Positions 9,239 to 18,894 of a stretch of DNA of 64,000 nt are shown one piece after another. Under the pieces are notes generated by a model, which was not told the DNA's origin, searched no databases, and worked only from the letters and a program-made list of their open reading frames with translations. The translations under genes and the position numbers were made by a program. Origin of the DNA: a virus (taxonomy: Duplodnaviria; Caudoviricetes); the IMG/VR virus record IMGVR_UViG_3300037088_000559, positions 1,370 through 65,369 of that record. One strand, 5' to 3'. Numbering within the stretch: the first letter of the stretch is position 1; every line of letters begins with the position of its first letter.

Positions 9239-9824
9239 GCTTTAGGAACCCGCGTAGGGACGGGACGCGGTAATCCTCGAAGTCGGTCGTAACGCGGTTC
9301 CACGGCTGATCGAGGAGATAGGCGTTAACTCCGGCGTTCCGTAGATCATAAACCGTCTCCAAGTTATCGTCGATGATCGCCGAGAACTTCAGCGTTACGG
9401 CGATCAGAGTCTTATCCTCCATACGATCCACGACGATCACATTCGCGTTCGGTATCCCCTGGCCACGCAGCCATGCGCACGTTTGATATTGCGCCGATTC
9501 TCCGCCGGTTGCGAAACGCGAGGTTAGAAAGTAAACCTCGCGGCTCCAGGGGGCGGACGACTTCGTGAGATATTCGCGTAAATCCAAGACGTTATCGCGG
9601 TAGGCGTCCAATCGTAACCAGAACGATGGCGTATCGCGTACCTTGCCCCACGCGCCGCGATACTCATCGGGGGTAACATCGAGGCTCTCTTCAACGAACG
9701 CGTTCCAACTTGACGGCTGGTAGCCGAGGGGGATCGCGCCGGGGTGGATATCGTTAAGAATACGCGCGAAGCCTTCGACGAATCGCGCGAGGATACCGTC
9801 AATGTCGATTGCCAGGCGCACCAT
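9225..9824 (-). CDS. HAD-family 5'(3')-deoxyribonucleotidase-like protein
   Basis: Motif I DIDGIL, LTSR, K, IIDD and C-terminal QPWN; GGAGG RBS. Confidence 0.8.
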   Translation of the reverse strand: MVRLAIDIDGILARFVEGFARILNDIHPGAIPLGYQPSSWNAFVEESLDVTPDEYRGAWGKVRDTPSFWLRLDAYRDNVLDLREYLTKSSAPWSREVYFLTSRFATGGESAQYQTCAWLRGQGIPNANVIVVDRMEDKTLIAVTLKFSAIIDDNLETVYDLRNAGVNAYLLDQPWNRVTTDFEDYRVPSLRGFLKREGG

Positions 9825-10053
9825 ATTTGAATCCTCCCTCAAGCAAAGCATTCCGCGCCGTCATCAGATACACGAGCTGATCCACGGCCTCTTTACTCCC
9901 CTCCTCAATCAGAGCAAGGGGCGACAACTCAAACAGGTTCCCGCCATGCTCCTCTTGCTCGTGGCGGTACTTCGCGTCCATGATTGCGCCGGTTTCCTTG
10001 ATGAGTTGGTGCAGATGTGCCTCTTGCGCGTTGGTCATTGTTGATGTAGCCAT
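9799..10053 (-). CDS. Small all-alpha protein, possibly MazG/dUTPase-like
   Basis: LIEEGSKEAVDQLVYL resembles the ExxD motif of all-alpha NTP pyrophosphatases. Confidence 0.45.
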   Translation of the reverse strand: MATSTMTNAQEAHLHQLIKETGAIMDAKYRHEQEEHGGNLFELSPLALIEEGSKEAVDQLVYLMTARNALLEGGFKYGAPGNRH

Positions 10054-10360
10054 GAATCGCCTCCTTTACGTTGTCGGTCGCCAACCCGGCGAGCGTGCAA
10101 ACCTCGTCGAGCCGCTCGTCATCCTCGTCCCCGGTGAGCCAGTCCAAAGCGTGGGCTTTGATCGCCCGGGCCTCGCGGGCGCTGCCATGCCCACGGAGAT
10201 CTTTACCGAGGACATCGTATACAGCACGTAGGAGAGTAGCCCGCGCCAGATTCGTATGGGCGTCTTCGCTGGGGACGCTTAGAAACTGTCCGAGGCGCGC
10301 GAGGGTCCATAAGGTAGGCACGTTTGGATAGGGCTCCTTTAAGTGGTGGTAGAGTAACAT
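9929..10360 (-). CDS. Hypothetical phage protein
   Basis: 143-aa ORF; LRAVYD...ALDW...EVC pattern common in phage replication regions. Confidence 0.5.
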   Translation of the reverse strand: MLLYHHLKEPYPNVPTLWTLARLGQFLSVPSEDAHTNLARATLLRAVYDVLGKDLRGHGSAREARAIKAHALDWLTGDEDDERLDEVCTLAGLATDNVKEAIHGYINNDQRARGTSAPTHQGNRRNHGREVPPRARGAWREPV

Positions 10361-10386
10361 AACGGGGCGGAGAGGTCAAGAGTGAT

Positions 10387-10878
10387 CTAACCGCGCATGT
10401 CCCATACAATCCCGTCGATACTGCTGGCAATAAGGATATTCACGTTCGCGCCTCCAAAGGCCACAAGGATCGAATCCGCGACATTCCCTGCGACGGGTTT
10501 CCGGGTTTCGGGATGGATAAAAGCGATCCGGCCTTTCACAAATAGAATCCCCGCGCAATGGGCAAGAACAATCTCGTGAAACCATTTCGAGCCTAGACGC
10601 GGGATGATTAACGCGATGCCATTTCCGTGCTCAGCGAGGCGTTTTAGCCAGAGAAGCGCCTGCGTCCCGTAAGGCGGATTTAACCATACGCGCCCTCTCC
10701 ATTCACGCGATAGACCGTTTTCGCAATAGCCAACTTTTGCGCAACGGGTCGGATACTTCCGGCTGGCGGCAGGATCGAGGTCAAATAGGCCAAGCGCGTC
10801 AAGAATTGACTTTGGTGTTTCCCAATCATCGCGGGTAATCGCACCACGAGAATTGAATTGTTGGCTCATCGTAACCAT
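10387..10878 (-). CDS. Phage DNA N6-adenine methyltransferase (Dam-like, NPPY type)
   Basis: DDWETP, FDLDPAAS, VWLNPPYG, GRIAF motifs. Confidence 0.88.
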   Translation of the reverse strand: MVTMSQQFNSRGAITRDDWETPKSILDALGLFDLDPAASRKYPTRCAKVGYCENGLSREWRGRVWLNPPYGTQALLWLKRLAEHGNGIALIIPRLGSKWFHEIVLAHCAGILFVKGRIAFIHPETRKPVAGNVADSILVAFGGANVNILIASSIDGIVWDMRG

Positions 10879-12842
10879 TTACCTCCCTTATACACCGTCT
10901 CGATCTCCCCCAGGTTCTTCCCCGACCAGGCGATCTCCACCGGACAGTGGAAACCCGGCATCTCGGGCATGTCGATATCCTCCTGATATTCGCGGACCCA
11001 CGCACAAGCGCGTTTCACCGGGATCGAACGCGGGACGTTATACAAGATCAGATCGTGAACCTGCAGCGTCACCAGTACCTTCGCGTGCTGGCGGGCGCGT
11101 AGCATCGCGAGCTTCGTAAGGTGGGCGACTGGCTGCTGGCCGTAGCACGCCGCGGCGATCTTCAGGCGATCCGTCGGCTCACCGAAGCTCAACCCATAGT
11201 AGCCGTTGGGTGGGCGGAAAGCCCCGTCGTTCTCGATCTGGCGCGTGATTCGCCGGTGGACCTTATGTACCCCCGGATAAGCGTCGAAGTAAGCCCGTTG
11301 CATCGCCAACACCGCCGCGCGATTCTCCAACGTCGCTTTGCCGAACAGCCGCTGGGCCAAGTTAATCGCCGTAAACGTCACGATCTGACCCTCGAAGGTC
11401 CAATCACGGTAAACGATCCGCGCCCCCGCATCGATCTCCTGGCGTATCTTCCAGCTTTGTAACTGGCTTGGGTCGATGAGCGACAGGCCTTCAAGATTGT
11501 TGGCCCCGTGAGTTACGCTCTTAGCCGCCTCGCGCGCGTTCCCCCTTTGGATCGCGAGCCTATCGGTATCTTTAATCCCCATGCGCTCGGCTGTAGCCTT
11601 GTGGAAATCACCGATAGGAAGCGGGTGGCCCCCCTGATAGAGGTAATTGTTCCCCTCGGCATTACTATAATCGGCCGCGACTAGGTAATGGCCGGGGTAG
11701 GGGACGATGCACTTGGGGACGTCCTTTGCCCCCCAGCCGCGCGTGGCCTTCGTCCCGGCGTCGTCCACGCGGCGCTTCATAAGATTCTGGAGGTTGGGAG
11801 ACGTACATTGTAAGCGGGCGGTTGAGGTAAACGGCCCGAGGCGCGGGTGTACGTAATCGCCGCCATCAACGTACCCGTCGTACTCACCCGTCTTGTCATT
11901 CCAAACACGATCCGCGAACCACGAGTCTATCCCCTTGCCAAGATCCTTGCATTCGAGGGCGCGGTGGAGATCGGGATCGTCGTATGTACCGCACGCCTCC
12001 CGTACGGTCTCCTCCTGCCAGTCGTCGAGGTGGATACCACGCGCATGAAAGTAAGCTAACGCCGCCTTGGGCGATCTGACGTTGAACGGCGACTTTTCCT
12101 CCAGCGCCGTTTTCTCCCGCGCGAAGGTTGTACGCATTTCGCTGATACGTTTACGATCTACGTGTACCCCACGAGTCTGGATCTCGTATAAGAAGTCCAT
12201 AAGCTCGACGTGCAGGGGGTACAAGTGAGAAACGCGGCGCGTCTCCATATGGCGGTGCAGACCAGGCAAAGCGAACAAAGTCTCGAACGCGTCGAGGCCG
12301 TTGTACCAGTAAGGAGCGTGCTCGGGACAGGGGCGGTTTACACACCACGTTTTACCGGGGCAAACTTTGTGGTCGGGGAACGAGGTGTATAAGCTCAACA
12401 TCGTCCACATATTCATAAACCCGCGGCCCTTGTAATCCGAATCGGAATCGGAGATCTTACCTTCACTCTTACAAGCCCACATATTCGTGAGCCAGTATAA
12501 AAGAATCGTATCGTCGATCTTCTCGTACGGTAATGCGATCCTTAACTTATCGAGGATAGGCTTCTCCGCCTGGGTGAGGTTATGCCCGCAGATACGCCCC
12601 GGTCGCTCAATAAACTCACGGAGATACGGGGCGCCTGCGTCGAACGGCGCGGATACGGCGATTTGGGGGGACGCGAATCCTATGATCGTGGGCTCGCCTG
12701 TCTTGACGTTCCACTCGAAGTCAAGTCCGCGTTGAGGCGAGGCGAACGTCTTGGGGATATCCGCGGGGTTCGTCGAGACAGGCGGGTAGGCGCGTAGGGG
12801 GCGGAACGTCGGGCGCGCGGCTTGGGCGAGGACGTTAGCCAT
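10866..12842 (-). CDS. polA: Family A DNA polymerase with 3'-5' exonuclease domain
   Basis: ExoI DFE, ExoIII YNGLD, TARLQCTSPNLQN, motif A ADYSNAE, motif B REAAKSVTHG, motif C LQVHD; RBS before ATG 12842. Confidence 0.9.
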   Translation of the reverse strand: MANVLAQAARPTFRPLRAYPPVSTNPADIPKTFASPQRGLDFEWNVKTGEPTIIGFASPQIAVSAPFDAGAPYLREFIERPGRICGHNLTQAEKPILDKLRIALPYEKIDDTILLYWLTNMWACKSEGKISDSDSDYKGRGFMNMWTMLSLYTSFPDHKVCPGKTWCVNRPCPEHAPYWYNGLDAFETLFALPGLHRHMETRRVSHLYPLHVELMDFLYEIQTRGVHVDRKRISEMRTTFAREKTALEEKSPFNVRSPKAALAYFHARGIHLDDWQEETVREACGTYDDPDLHRALECKDLGKGIDSWFADRVWNDKTGEYDGYVDGGDYVHPRLGPFTSTARLQCTSPNLQNLMKRRVDDAGTKATRGWGAKDVPKCIVPYPGHYLVAADYSNAEGNNYLYQGGHPLPIGDFHKATAERMGIKDTDRLAIQRGNAREAAKSVTHGANNLEGLSLIDPSQLQSWKIRQEIDAGARIVYRDWTFEGQIVTFTAINLAQRLFGKATLENRAAVLAMQRAYFDAYPGVHKVHRRITRQIENDGAFRPPNGYYGLSFGEPTDRLKIAAACYGQQPVAHLTKLAMLRARQHAKVLVTLQVHDLILYNVPRSIPVKRACAWVREYQEDIDMPEMPGFHCPVEIAWSGKNLGEIETVYKGGKWLR

Positions 12843-13203
12843 TTTCAACTCCATCGTGCGCATCAAGGATAATCTGGCGGGCAGAGATCCAGGCGGCGAT
12901 TCCGTAAGAGGGCTCCATAGAGGACACGCGATTATAAACATTGAGCAGAAAAGAGCGGGCTACCTTTTTCTCTGCCCATTTCTGTAGAATCGTCCTCTCC
13001 TCGCACGGGCCTAGGTCACGGATCGCCTCGTGTAAGGTAAAGATCGCGTAGGGAGTCCGTATCGAAGTATCCGATGGATTCCCCCGGCAGGGGATAATCT
13101 GTCCGGGTTTGGACTTGGCGATAGCAAGGGGATCAATCCGCGTCGCATCCACCAGGAGAAGGCGCCCCTGCCACTCGATTTGTACCCAATCGTCAGTTGC
13201 CAT
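12835..13203 (-). CDS. Hypothetical protein
   Basis: AGGAG RBS before ATG 13203 (MATDDWVQ...). Confidence 0.5.
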   Translation of the reverse strand: MATDDWVQIEWQGRLLLVDATRIDPLAIAKSKPGQIIPCRGNPSDTSIRTPYAIFTLHEAIRDLGPCEERTILQKWAEKKVARSFLLNVYNRVSSMEPSYGIAAWISARQIILDAHDGVENG

Positions 13204-13726
13204 TGGGGGGAATCTCCTTCTGCGTTGCCACGCCGGGAACCTGCCCGCGCACGGACCTCTCGTATTCCTGCGCCAGCACCGTCGAGAGTAATGTTGTCCC
13301 TTTGCAGACCTGGCACGTCTCGCCCTCACGCATCACTTTACCCGCGCACACCGGGCACACCGCTAACTCGCCGTTTTGCAGTTTCTCCATTACGAACGCC
13401 AGACGCGATAAGTAGTTGGCGAATGAAGCGACGGTCATCGATAATGATAGACCTTCACCCTTGACGAATTCACCGAGCTTCTCCTGTACTCGGCGCGTCT
13501 CCTTATCGAATCCCTCGGGGGTACGGTGCTCGACTTCGTATAGGACGGCCCCCTCGACGTGCCGACGTAGGCGCGCCCAGGTACGGTCCTGCTCGGCGCG
13601 GGCTTTGGCGATACGCTTACGTTCGGCGGCTTTAAGGCGCCCCGCTTGCTGGCGCAGCTCCTTACGGGATAGCGGGCGCTTATTTACTTCTTCAAGATTG
13701 ATCTTAGGTGCCTTTTCTGTGTTCAT
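13193..13726 (-). CDS. Coiled-coil protein with C-terminal CxxC-CxxC zinc finger
   Basis: Own GAGGAGG RBS before ATG 13726; CPVCAG...CQVCKG. Confidence 0.65.
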   Translation of the reverse strand: MNTEKAPKINLEEVNKRPLSRKELRQQAGRLKAAERKRIAKARAEQDRTWARLRRHVEGAVLYEVEHRTPEGFDKETRRVQEKLGEFVKGEGLSLSMTVASFANYLSRLAFVMEKLQNGELAVCPVCAGKVMREGETCQVCKGTTLLSTVLAQEYERSVRGQVPGVATQKEIPPNGN

Positions 13727-14413
13727 CGTGAACCTCCTCAAACATAAACAGGCGTTCGATTCTCGGGTCCTTGTTTCCAGTGGCGTCCCCATATCCGTTC
13801 GTGTGGGGAACTCTGCGATTAAAACTGCATCAACCGGAGCCTTGTACTCGGAGACGACTACGGTATTCATCCGCGACCATTGCCGAACGATACTCCAGAA
13901 TGTCTCGTTATCGAATTGGTGTGTATATCCCGTGGCTCCGGCATACGGCGGATCACAGTAGACAAAGCACCCGCGTAGTTTGATCGTTCGATAATCAGCG
14001 CAGCGAAAGTGAACATTCCGCAGATAGCGGATTTTCTTTAGCAGCGAGTTTCGGGCATTGCTCGTGTAGTTTCTATCACTCTTTGGGTCTCGCGCATATC
14101 CTCCAAAGAACTTCCCACTGAATGAACACCCAAAACCAATGAAACCACGCAGCGCAGAGGGAGGCTCCGTCCGTATCCGTGCGTATTCTTCCTCGGAAAC
14201 AACTTCTGGAGGAACCCACCCGCGCTGCAACGCCTGCCACAGCATAATTAAATCGGGGTGAACATCAGAAGCGTAACGTGGGTCGTCCATACGCTGGGTA
14301 ATCCAGCACGCCCCGCAGAAAGGCTCGACGAAGATCTGCCCGGGCTTACGGAGGCGCGAGAGAACCTCGCTGATTCGCGCCGCCGTTCTAGCTTTTCCTC
14401 CGAGATAGTGCAT
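13704..14413 (-). CDS. D12-class DNA adenine methyltransferase with apparent frameshift near the 3' end
   Basis: MHYLGGK, VEPFCG, YCDPPY, VVVSEY; the expected RIERLF tail sits in another frame after 13787. Confidence 0.8.
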
Positions 14414-14624
14414 CCCGCTCCTTATCAATCACCGCACACAGCCTCTCGAATCGTCCGATATGTAGATCGCGTAACCGTGTCAACATCTCCACCGTCACCC
14501 GCCGAACACTCTCCGAGCAGGGTGGCGATACCCCCGGCCGCTGCCACTCGGCGTCCAGAAGAAGATCGTCGAGCCAGTGGGCCAGCCGCCGACGAAGATC
14601 GTTTCGATTTAGCCATCGTAGCAT
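14388..14624 (-). CDS. Hypothetical protein
   Basis: 78-aa ORF overlapping the run-on tail of the UDG ORF. Confidence 0.4.
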   Translation of the reverse strand: MLRWLNRNDLRRRLAHWLDDLLLDAEWQRPGVSPPCSESVRRVTVEMLTRLRDLHIGRFERLCAVIDKERDALSRRKS

Positions 14625-15336
14625 CGCGCAACCTCGTGAGCGTCGCGTTATACCAGTCGCGTGTTAACCAGGCGTAGTGACCCTGGAAACGCGTAACCGA
14701 ATCGAAGTACCCCAACCAGAGCTTCACCGATTTGCCCCCGCAGAGCAGCGCCGCACGTATCCCCTGCGCCCCGCAGTCACGTAACTTCTCACAGGAGCGG
14801 ATCAGGAGTGGCAAGGGGGTAATCGAGCGGGTTAACGCCGCGGGGTGTATCGTCAAAATCACGAGTTTTGGGTTGTACGCTTTGAGCGCGGCGTCGTATT
14901 GTCTGCATATCGCCTCGGCCTTCTTACGGTCGTCGCCTGTAGGATACGGCTCGCCAGCTTTAGATTTGCTCGGGCAGCAGCGTAAAACGTTGAATATTAG
15001 TAAATCGTCGCGTTTGATCCCCAGCCGCCGGAAGCACCATTGCGCCATGATCCCCCACGATTTACCGACCAACGCCATCCCCTTGCGGCGGAACTCGTCG
15101 GGTAGCTGCGGGTATAGTTTCCTACGGCGCGTTAGTTCTGCCGTGTTGTATCGGTCCCTATCGGGATCGTGGTAGGCGGGGGCCGTGAGCCTATAAGCGA
15201 TCTCGTCTTTGCCCGCCGCCTCCAAACCGATTGCGTACTTGGCGCGCAGAGGATCGCCGCAGTCTAAGGCGAACCCGAAAGACTTGGCGAATAACGGGCA
15301 CGGGGCGCATTGGGGGGGCTTATCGCCCATCGTCAC
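14425..15336 (-). CDS. Uracil-DNA glycosylase family 4-like protein (SPO1 polymerase-associated type)
   Basis: CAPCPL, GLEAAG, LVGKSWG, NVLRCCP, AIC and TIHPAA motifs. Confidence 0.75.
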   Translation of the reverse strand: MTMGDKPPQCAPCPLFAKSFGFALDCGDPLRAKYAIGLEAAGKDEIAYRLTAPAYHDPDRDRYNTAELTRRRKLYPQLPDEFRRKGMALVGKSWGIMAQWCFRRLGIKRDDLLIFNVLRCCPSKSKAGEPYPTGDDRKKAEAICRQYDAALKAYNPKLVILTIHPAALTRSITPLPLLIRSCEKLRDCGAQGIRAALLCGGKSVKLWLGYFDSVTRFQGHYAWLTRDWYNATLTRLRDATMAKSKRSSSAAGPLARRSSSGRRVAAAGGIATLLGECSAGDGGDVDTVTRSTYRTIREAVCGD

Positions 15337-15619
15337 CCGCCTCCAACGGATACACCGCCAGCTTCGACCATCGTTCGATGGGCTTTACCGGCGGCCCGTC
15401 CGCGACTTTCCCGTAGACTCTGCGCGCCCCGCAGGTGAGGCAGCGATAGACAGTTAACGGGCCGCTGAACCCCTCGGTGAAGTAGCCCTCCAGCTCGTGG
15501 CGTTGGGTAATCGTTACTAACGCGATCTTGTCCATGTTACAGCCTTTCAGCGCCAGGAGATCGCGCGTGTCTTGCGTCTCGGCGAAGCACGTGATTAGTG
15601 GGTGATATTCGGCGGTCAT
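15320..15619 (-). CDS. Hypothetical CxxC protein
   Basis: YRCLTCGA; start uncertain. Confidence 0.4.
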   Translation of the reverse strand: MTAEYHPLITCFAETQDTRDLLALKGCNMDKIALVTITQRHELEGYFTEGFSGPLTVYRCLTCGARRVYGKVADGPPVKPIERWSKLAVYPLEAGDDGR

Positions 15620-15622
15620 ACC

Positions 15623-16492
15623 TCACCTCCCAAGGATAGAATCTAGGACTCGACGACCCTCTTGATACGGGAGCTGGAACCCGGCAGCGTTCTTATGCCC
15701 ACCTCCGCCGTACGTTTTGGCGATGGCGCTGACATCGATCTCGCCGATGGAACGCAGCGAGAATTGGATTTGTGAATCGCCGCGCTCGAACCACCCCACG
15801 CCAACGCCGCCCCAAGTCTCGCATAACTTGTTACAGACGTCGGAGATATTCGGGTACGCCGCGCACACCACTCGCACCGAATATCCCCCAATCTCACCGC
15901 GTTGGACTTGGGCCGTGACCTTCTCGATATAGTGATCGATGTGAAGGCGAATCGCTTTCCCCAACTCGCGGGCGTCGGCGGACATCATATCCCGTAGCCG
16001 ATCCCACGCTTCGATCGTGTGGGGTAGGGCCATCAGATACGCGTTGATCTCGCGGGAATCGGGTAGCGCGAAACACCAAAGATCGCGATCTTGGACATAA
16101 TCGACGTACCAGGGACGACTCGTCACAGGCCAATCGGGATCCTCCTGTGGGTGTAACTCATCCCACGTAATCGCCGCGCCCGACCTCTCCATATCGAAGA
16201 CGATCCGCGTCCCGAGCGCCGGATGCTCCACGAAGTTCTTAAGTTCTTCCTGGGCGGTTTTGTGATGGTCAAATACCGTAAGGGAACGCGTAACTTGGCA
16301 AAGTGCGAAAGTCGTGGCGCGGGGGTAGGAGAAGTCAACCATCAGCACGTCTTTGCCCGTAACCCCGCTCACGTTAATCGGGGGCCCGCCGTAAGTCGCG
16401 CCGATGAGCCGGGCCTCGGGGTAGCGTTTGGAAGCGATGTACGCCGAACACCAGCCGTCGGGACAATCTCTATGGTAGATAACTATATCCAT
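15623..16492 (-). CDS. DHH/DHHA1 phosphoesterase
   Basis: YHRDCPDG, VDFS, FDHHKT, DRDLW, GGGGHKNAAGF. Confidence 0.92.
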   Translation of the reverse strand: MDIVIYHRDCPDGWCSAYIASKRYPEARLIGATYGGPPINVSGVTGKDVLMVDFSYPRATTFALCQVTRSLTVFDHHKTAQEELKNFVEHPALGTRIVFDMERSGAAITWDELHPQEDPDWPVTSRPWYVDYVQDRDLWCFALPDSREINAYLMALPHTIEAWDRLRDMMSADARELGKAIRLHIDHYIEKVTAQVQRGEIGGYSVRVVCAAYPNISDVCNKLCETWGGVGVGWFERGDSQIQFSLRSIGEIDVSAIAKTYGGGGHKNAAGFQLPYQEGRRVLDSILGR

Positions 16493-17754
16493 CGTATAAC
16501 CTCCGGATGAACGTTGATCCGCATCGGCAGCAACTCGGGGCCACCGACGATTCTCAAACCTTGGGGCGTTCGTACCCGCGACAACGACACGTAGGTCATG
16601 TTGGGAGCCTGCATAAAATGCCCCCGGATATCGACCTGGCAGCGGTCGAGGGTCAACCCCTGCGACTTGTGTACGGTCGAGGCGTACGCGAGGCGCAGGG
16701 GGATATACTTTATACCGCCCATCACGTACCTCTCCTTAATCTCGTCCCAGGCGGGCACGAACGCGGGCGTCGTATAACGGTCGAATTCGCCGGGGGTAGG
16801 CTCCTCGCGCTGTAGGAACAGCCGCCGGCACCAACCTACCTCCACCGTTTGGACGTTGCGTACGAGCTTAACGTGGAAACGCGGGGCGCCTTTATCGCTG
16901 TTCTCGAAGTCTACGATATGCCCGCAGTCTCCGTTGGCGTACTTGAACTCCCCATAGTCCGTATCGTTGCTCAACAACATCACGTACGCGCCCTTCTTGG
17001 CGACGAACTCCTGCGGGATCTGCCGCCATTCACCGCGCTGCTTACCCCAGCGGGCGTTCGCCACCTTGATCTCGGGTCCGGGGAGATCCATCAGGGCTAG
17101 AGCGTTATGACGATCAACTTCGTCGTTCTTACCCACGATCGTCGTACCGTCGAATTTACGGGCCAGTAAAGGCGCCCAGGTTACGCCCGCGCACGCCTTT
17201 AACGCGTCTCTACACGCCGCTCCGTCACCTCGTCGGGCCAGTGACAACGCCTCCAGGAACAAAGGATTCGTTTGCCTCCATATCTTATCGAGGCGGGTCA
17301 TGTTGGCGGCGAACTCGGGCCAGGCAGGTGATTGGAATGCGTACGTGTCCTTGACGGGCGAGAGTTGGCAGAAGTCTCCGGTTAGGACCAGCCTGAACGC
17401 CTGCTTCACCGAGGCGTACTTGTTAACCTCGTTTACAGCGCGGTGGAGAAGCGTTAACTGATCCGCGGGCATCATCGATACCTCGTCAATCGCCAAGTTG
17501 CGATACTGGCGGGCGAGATCCGCGAGCTTCGACGTAAGCTTCCCCTTGAGGTACAGGCCACGTAACGAATCCGTATCGAAGTATCCGAGAACGCTATTGA
17601 TCGTGGTCGTACCCAGGTTAACAGCGCTGATCCCCGTGGTCGAGCAGAGTTGGGCGTACTTGGGATCGTCGATGATGCGCTGCTTGAGCCGATACGTCTT
17701 CCCTGAGCCCGCCGGCCCCGAGATGTAGGAGAACATCGGTTCGTTTTGGGCCAT
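16483..17754 (-). CDS. Pif1/RecD-like SF1B helicase
   Basis: GPAGSGKT, IDEVSM, GDFCQLSPV, WRQ, YASTVHKSQGLTLD, YVSLSR. Confidence 0.93.
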   Translation of the reverse strand: MAQNEPMFSYISGPAGSGKTYRLKQRIIDDPKYAQLCSTTGISAVNLGTTTINSVLGYFDTDSLRGLYLKGKLTSKLADLARQYRNLAIDEVSMMPADQLTLLHRAVNEVNKYASVKQAFRLVLTGDFCQLSPVKDTYAFQSPAWPEFAANMTRLDKIWRQTNPLFLEALSLARRGDGAACRDALKACAGVTWAPLLARKFDGTTIVGKNDEVDRHNALALMDLPGPEIKVANARWGKQRGEWRQIPQEFVAKKGAYVMLLSNDTDYGEFKYANGDCGHIVDFENSDKGAPRFHVKLVRNVQTVEVGWCRRLFLQREEPTPGEFDRYTTPAFVPAWDEIKERYVMGGIKYIPLRLAYASTVHKSQGLTLDRCQVDIRGHFMQAPNMTYVSLSRVRTPQGLRIVGGPELLPMRINVHPEVIRWI

Positions 17755-17777
17755 GAAGAATATCCTCCCTAGTATCG

Positions 17778-18005
17778 CTAGGAATCTTTCTTATCGGAAC
17801 TAGCAATGTAGAAATTAGATTTCTGACCATCCGTCGAGAAGGTTCGCCTCTCCTCGCGCTCTTTATCCGCCAGCCGCCAGGAGGCGCGCTGTAACACATT
17901 AACCGCCTCGGCGATCTTTGACGCGAGCCAAGGAAGTGCGTAGATCACAACACCTACGATCACCACCCAGTTGATGAATGTCTGCATAAGGCCATCGGTT
18001 ACCAT
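17778..18005 (-). CDS. Small membrane protein
   Basis: AAGGAG RBS before ATG 18005; one TM helix. Confidence 0.45.
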   Translation of the reverse strand: MVTDGLMQTFINWVVIVGVVIYALPWLASKIAEAVNVLQRASWRLADKEREERRTFSTDGQKSNFYIASSDKKDS

Positions 18006-18090
18006 AAGGAGTCTCCTTTGAATCGCCAACCGGGACTTGACGGTTAGGACTTGAGCGCCTTCCAGATCGCGATAACTGCTGATCGTCTGG

Positions 18091-18894
18091 TCATGGCTTC
18101 GGCTCCCTCCACTTCGCCTCTTCCAGCCGCACCTTGCGCTCAATCTCCGCGACTATCCTGGCTGCACCCTCATCAAGATTGTTGTTTTTGAAACCAATAC
18201 CCATCCCCAAATGCCCGACGGCTTTCCCCAGGGCAATCGCCCAGTCGCCATCACGCTGGATTCGAGTCATCTGGTCGTGCTTCTCCAGGGCGATGGTGGG
18301 TCCGAGCAGTCTGATTCGTTCTGCTGATTCTGCGACAGATTCATCGACGTATTCCCTGACACGCCCGCCTTCTCCTTCAGCAATGTAATCCAGGCAAATC
18401 TTTCCGTACCTCTCCCTCTCCGCCGCCGCGACGGCCTCAATCTTCTGACACCCAATACATTTCTCATTACCGGCGTACTCAGGAGTGCCATACTGTGAGT
18501 CACGAAAATCCCCCCGCGAGTGCCCGCAGGACATTAACTCGTGCGCAGCTTCAAAGCCAATATTCTCAATTCGTAAGGCTTCCATATAGATAGGGTCGGG
18601 AGGGTCGTTTTGAGCGGCGCAAAAACCCCACTCGCCATATGAGCGGAGTTGATTGACTGTCTTGACCTGGACGGCCATCGCGACCTCCTCACGCTCCTGG
18701 CAGCGGAGACAAATAATTGGGCAAGCACAAGGAGCAGAACGCCCCTTGAACGAACAGGTGAGTTCATGTTCTCTCTTGCAGGTCGCCATCGTGTGACCCT
18801 CGGCCCCGCAAGGGCTGGGCTTGTCGCACCCGGCTGCGGCTTCCGCAAGGGCGGCGTCAAAAAACTCCTCAAACGTCTTGTCTTGTTCGCTCAT
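18091..18894 (-). CDS. Cys-rich hypothetical protein
   Basis: GGAGG RBS before MSEQDK; several Cys clusters. Confidence 0.55.
   Translation of the reverse strand: MSEQDKTFEEFFDAALAEAAAGCDKPSPCGAEGHTMATCKREHELTCSFKGRSAPCACPIICLRCQEREEVAMAVQVKTVNQLRSYGEWGFCAAQNDPPDPIYMEALRIENIGFEAAHELMSCGHSRGDFRDSQYGTPEYAGNEKCIGCQKIEAVAAAERERYGKICLDYIAEGEGGRVREYVDESVAESAERIRLLGPTIALEKHDQMTRIQRDGDWAIALGKAVGHLGMGIGFKNNNLDEGAARIVAEIERKVRLEEAKWREPKP

Noticed and set aside
13193-14428. 411-aa methylase-zinc finger fusion as a genuine new architecture
   Set aside because: An internal RBS and an out-of-frame native C-terminus point to two genes joined by a frameshift.
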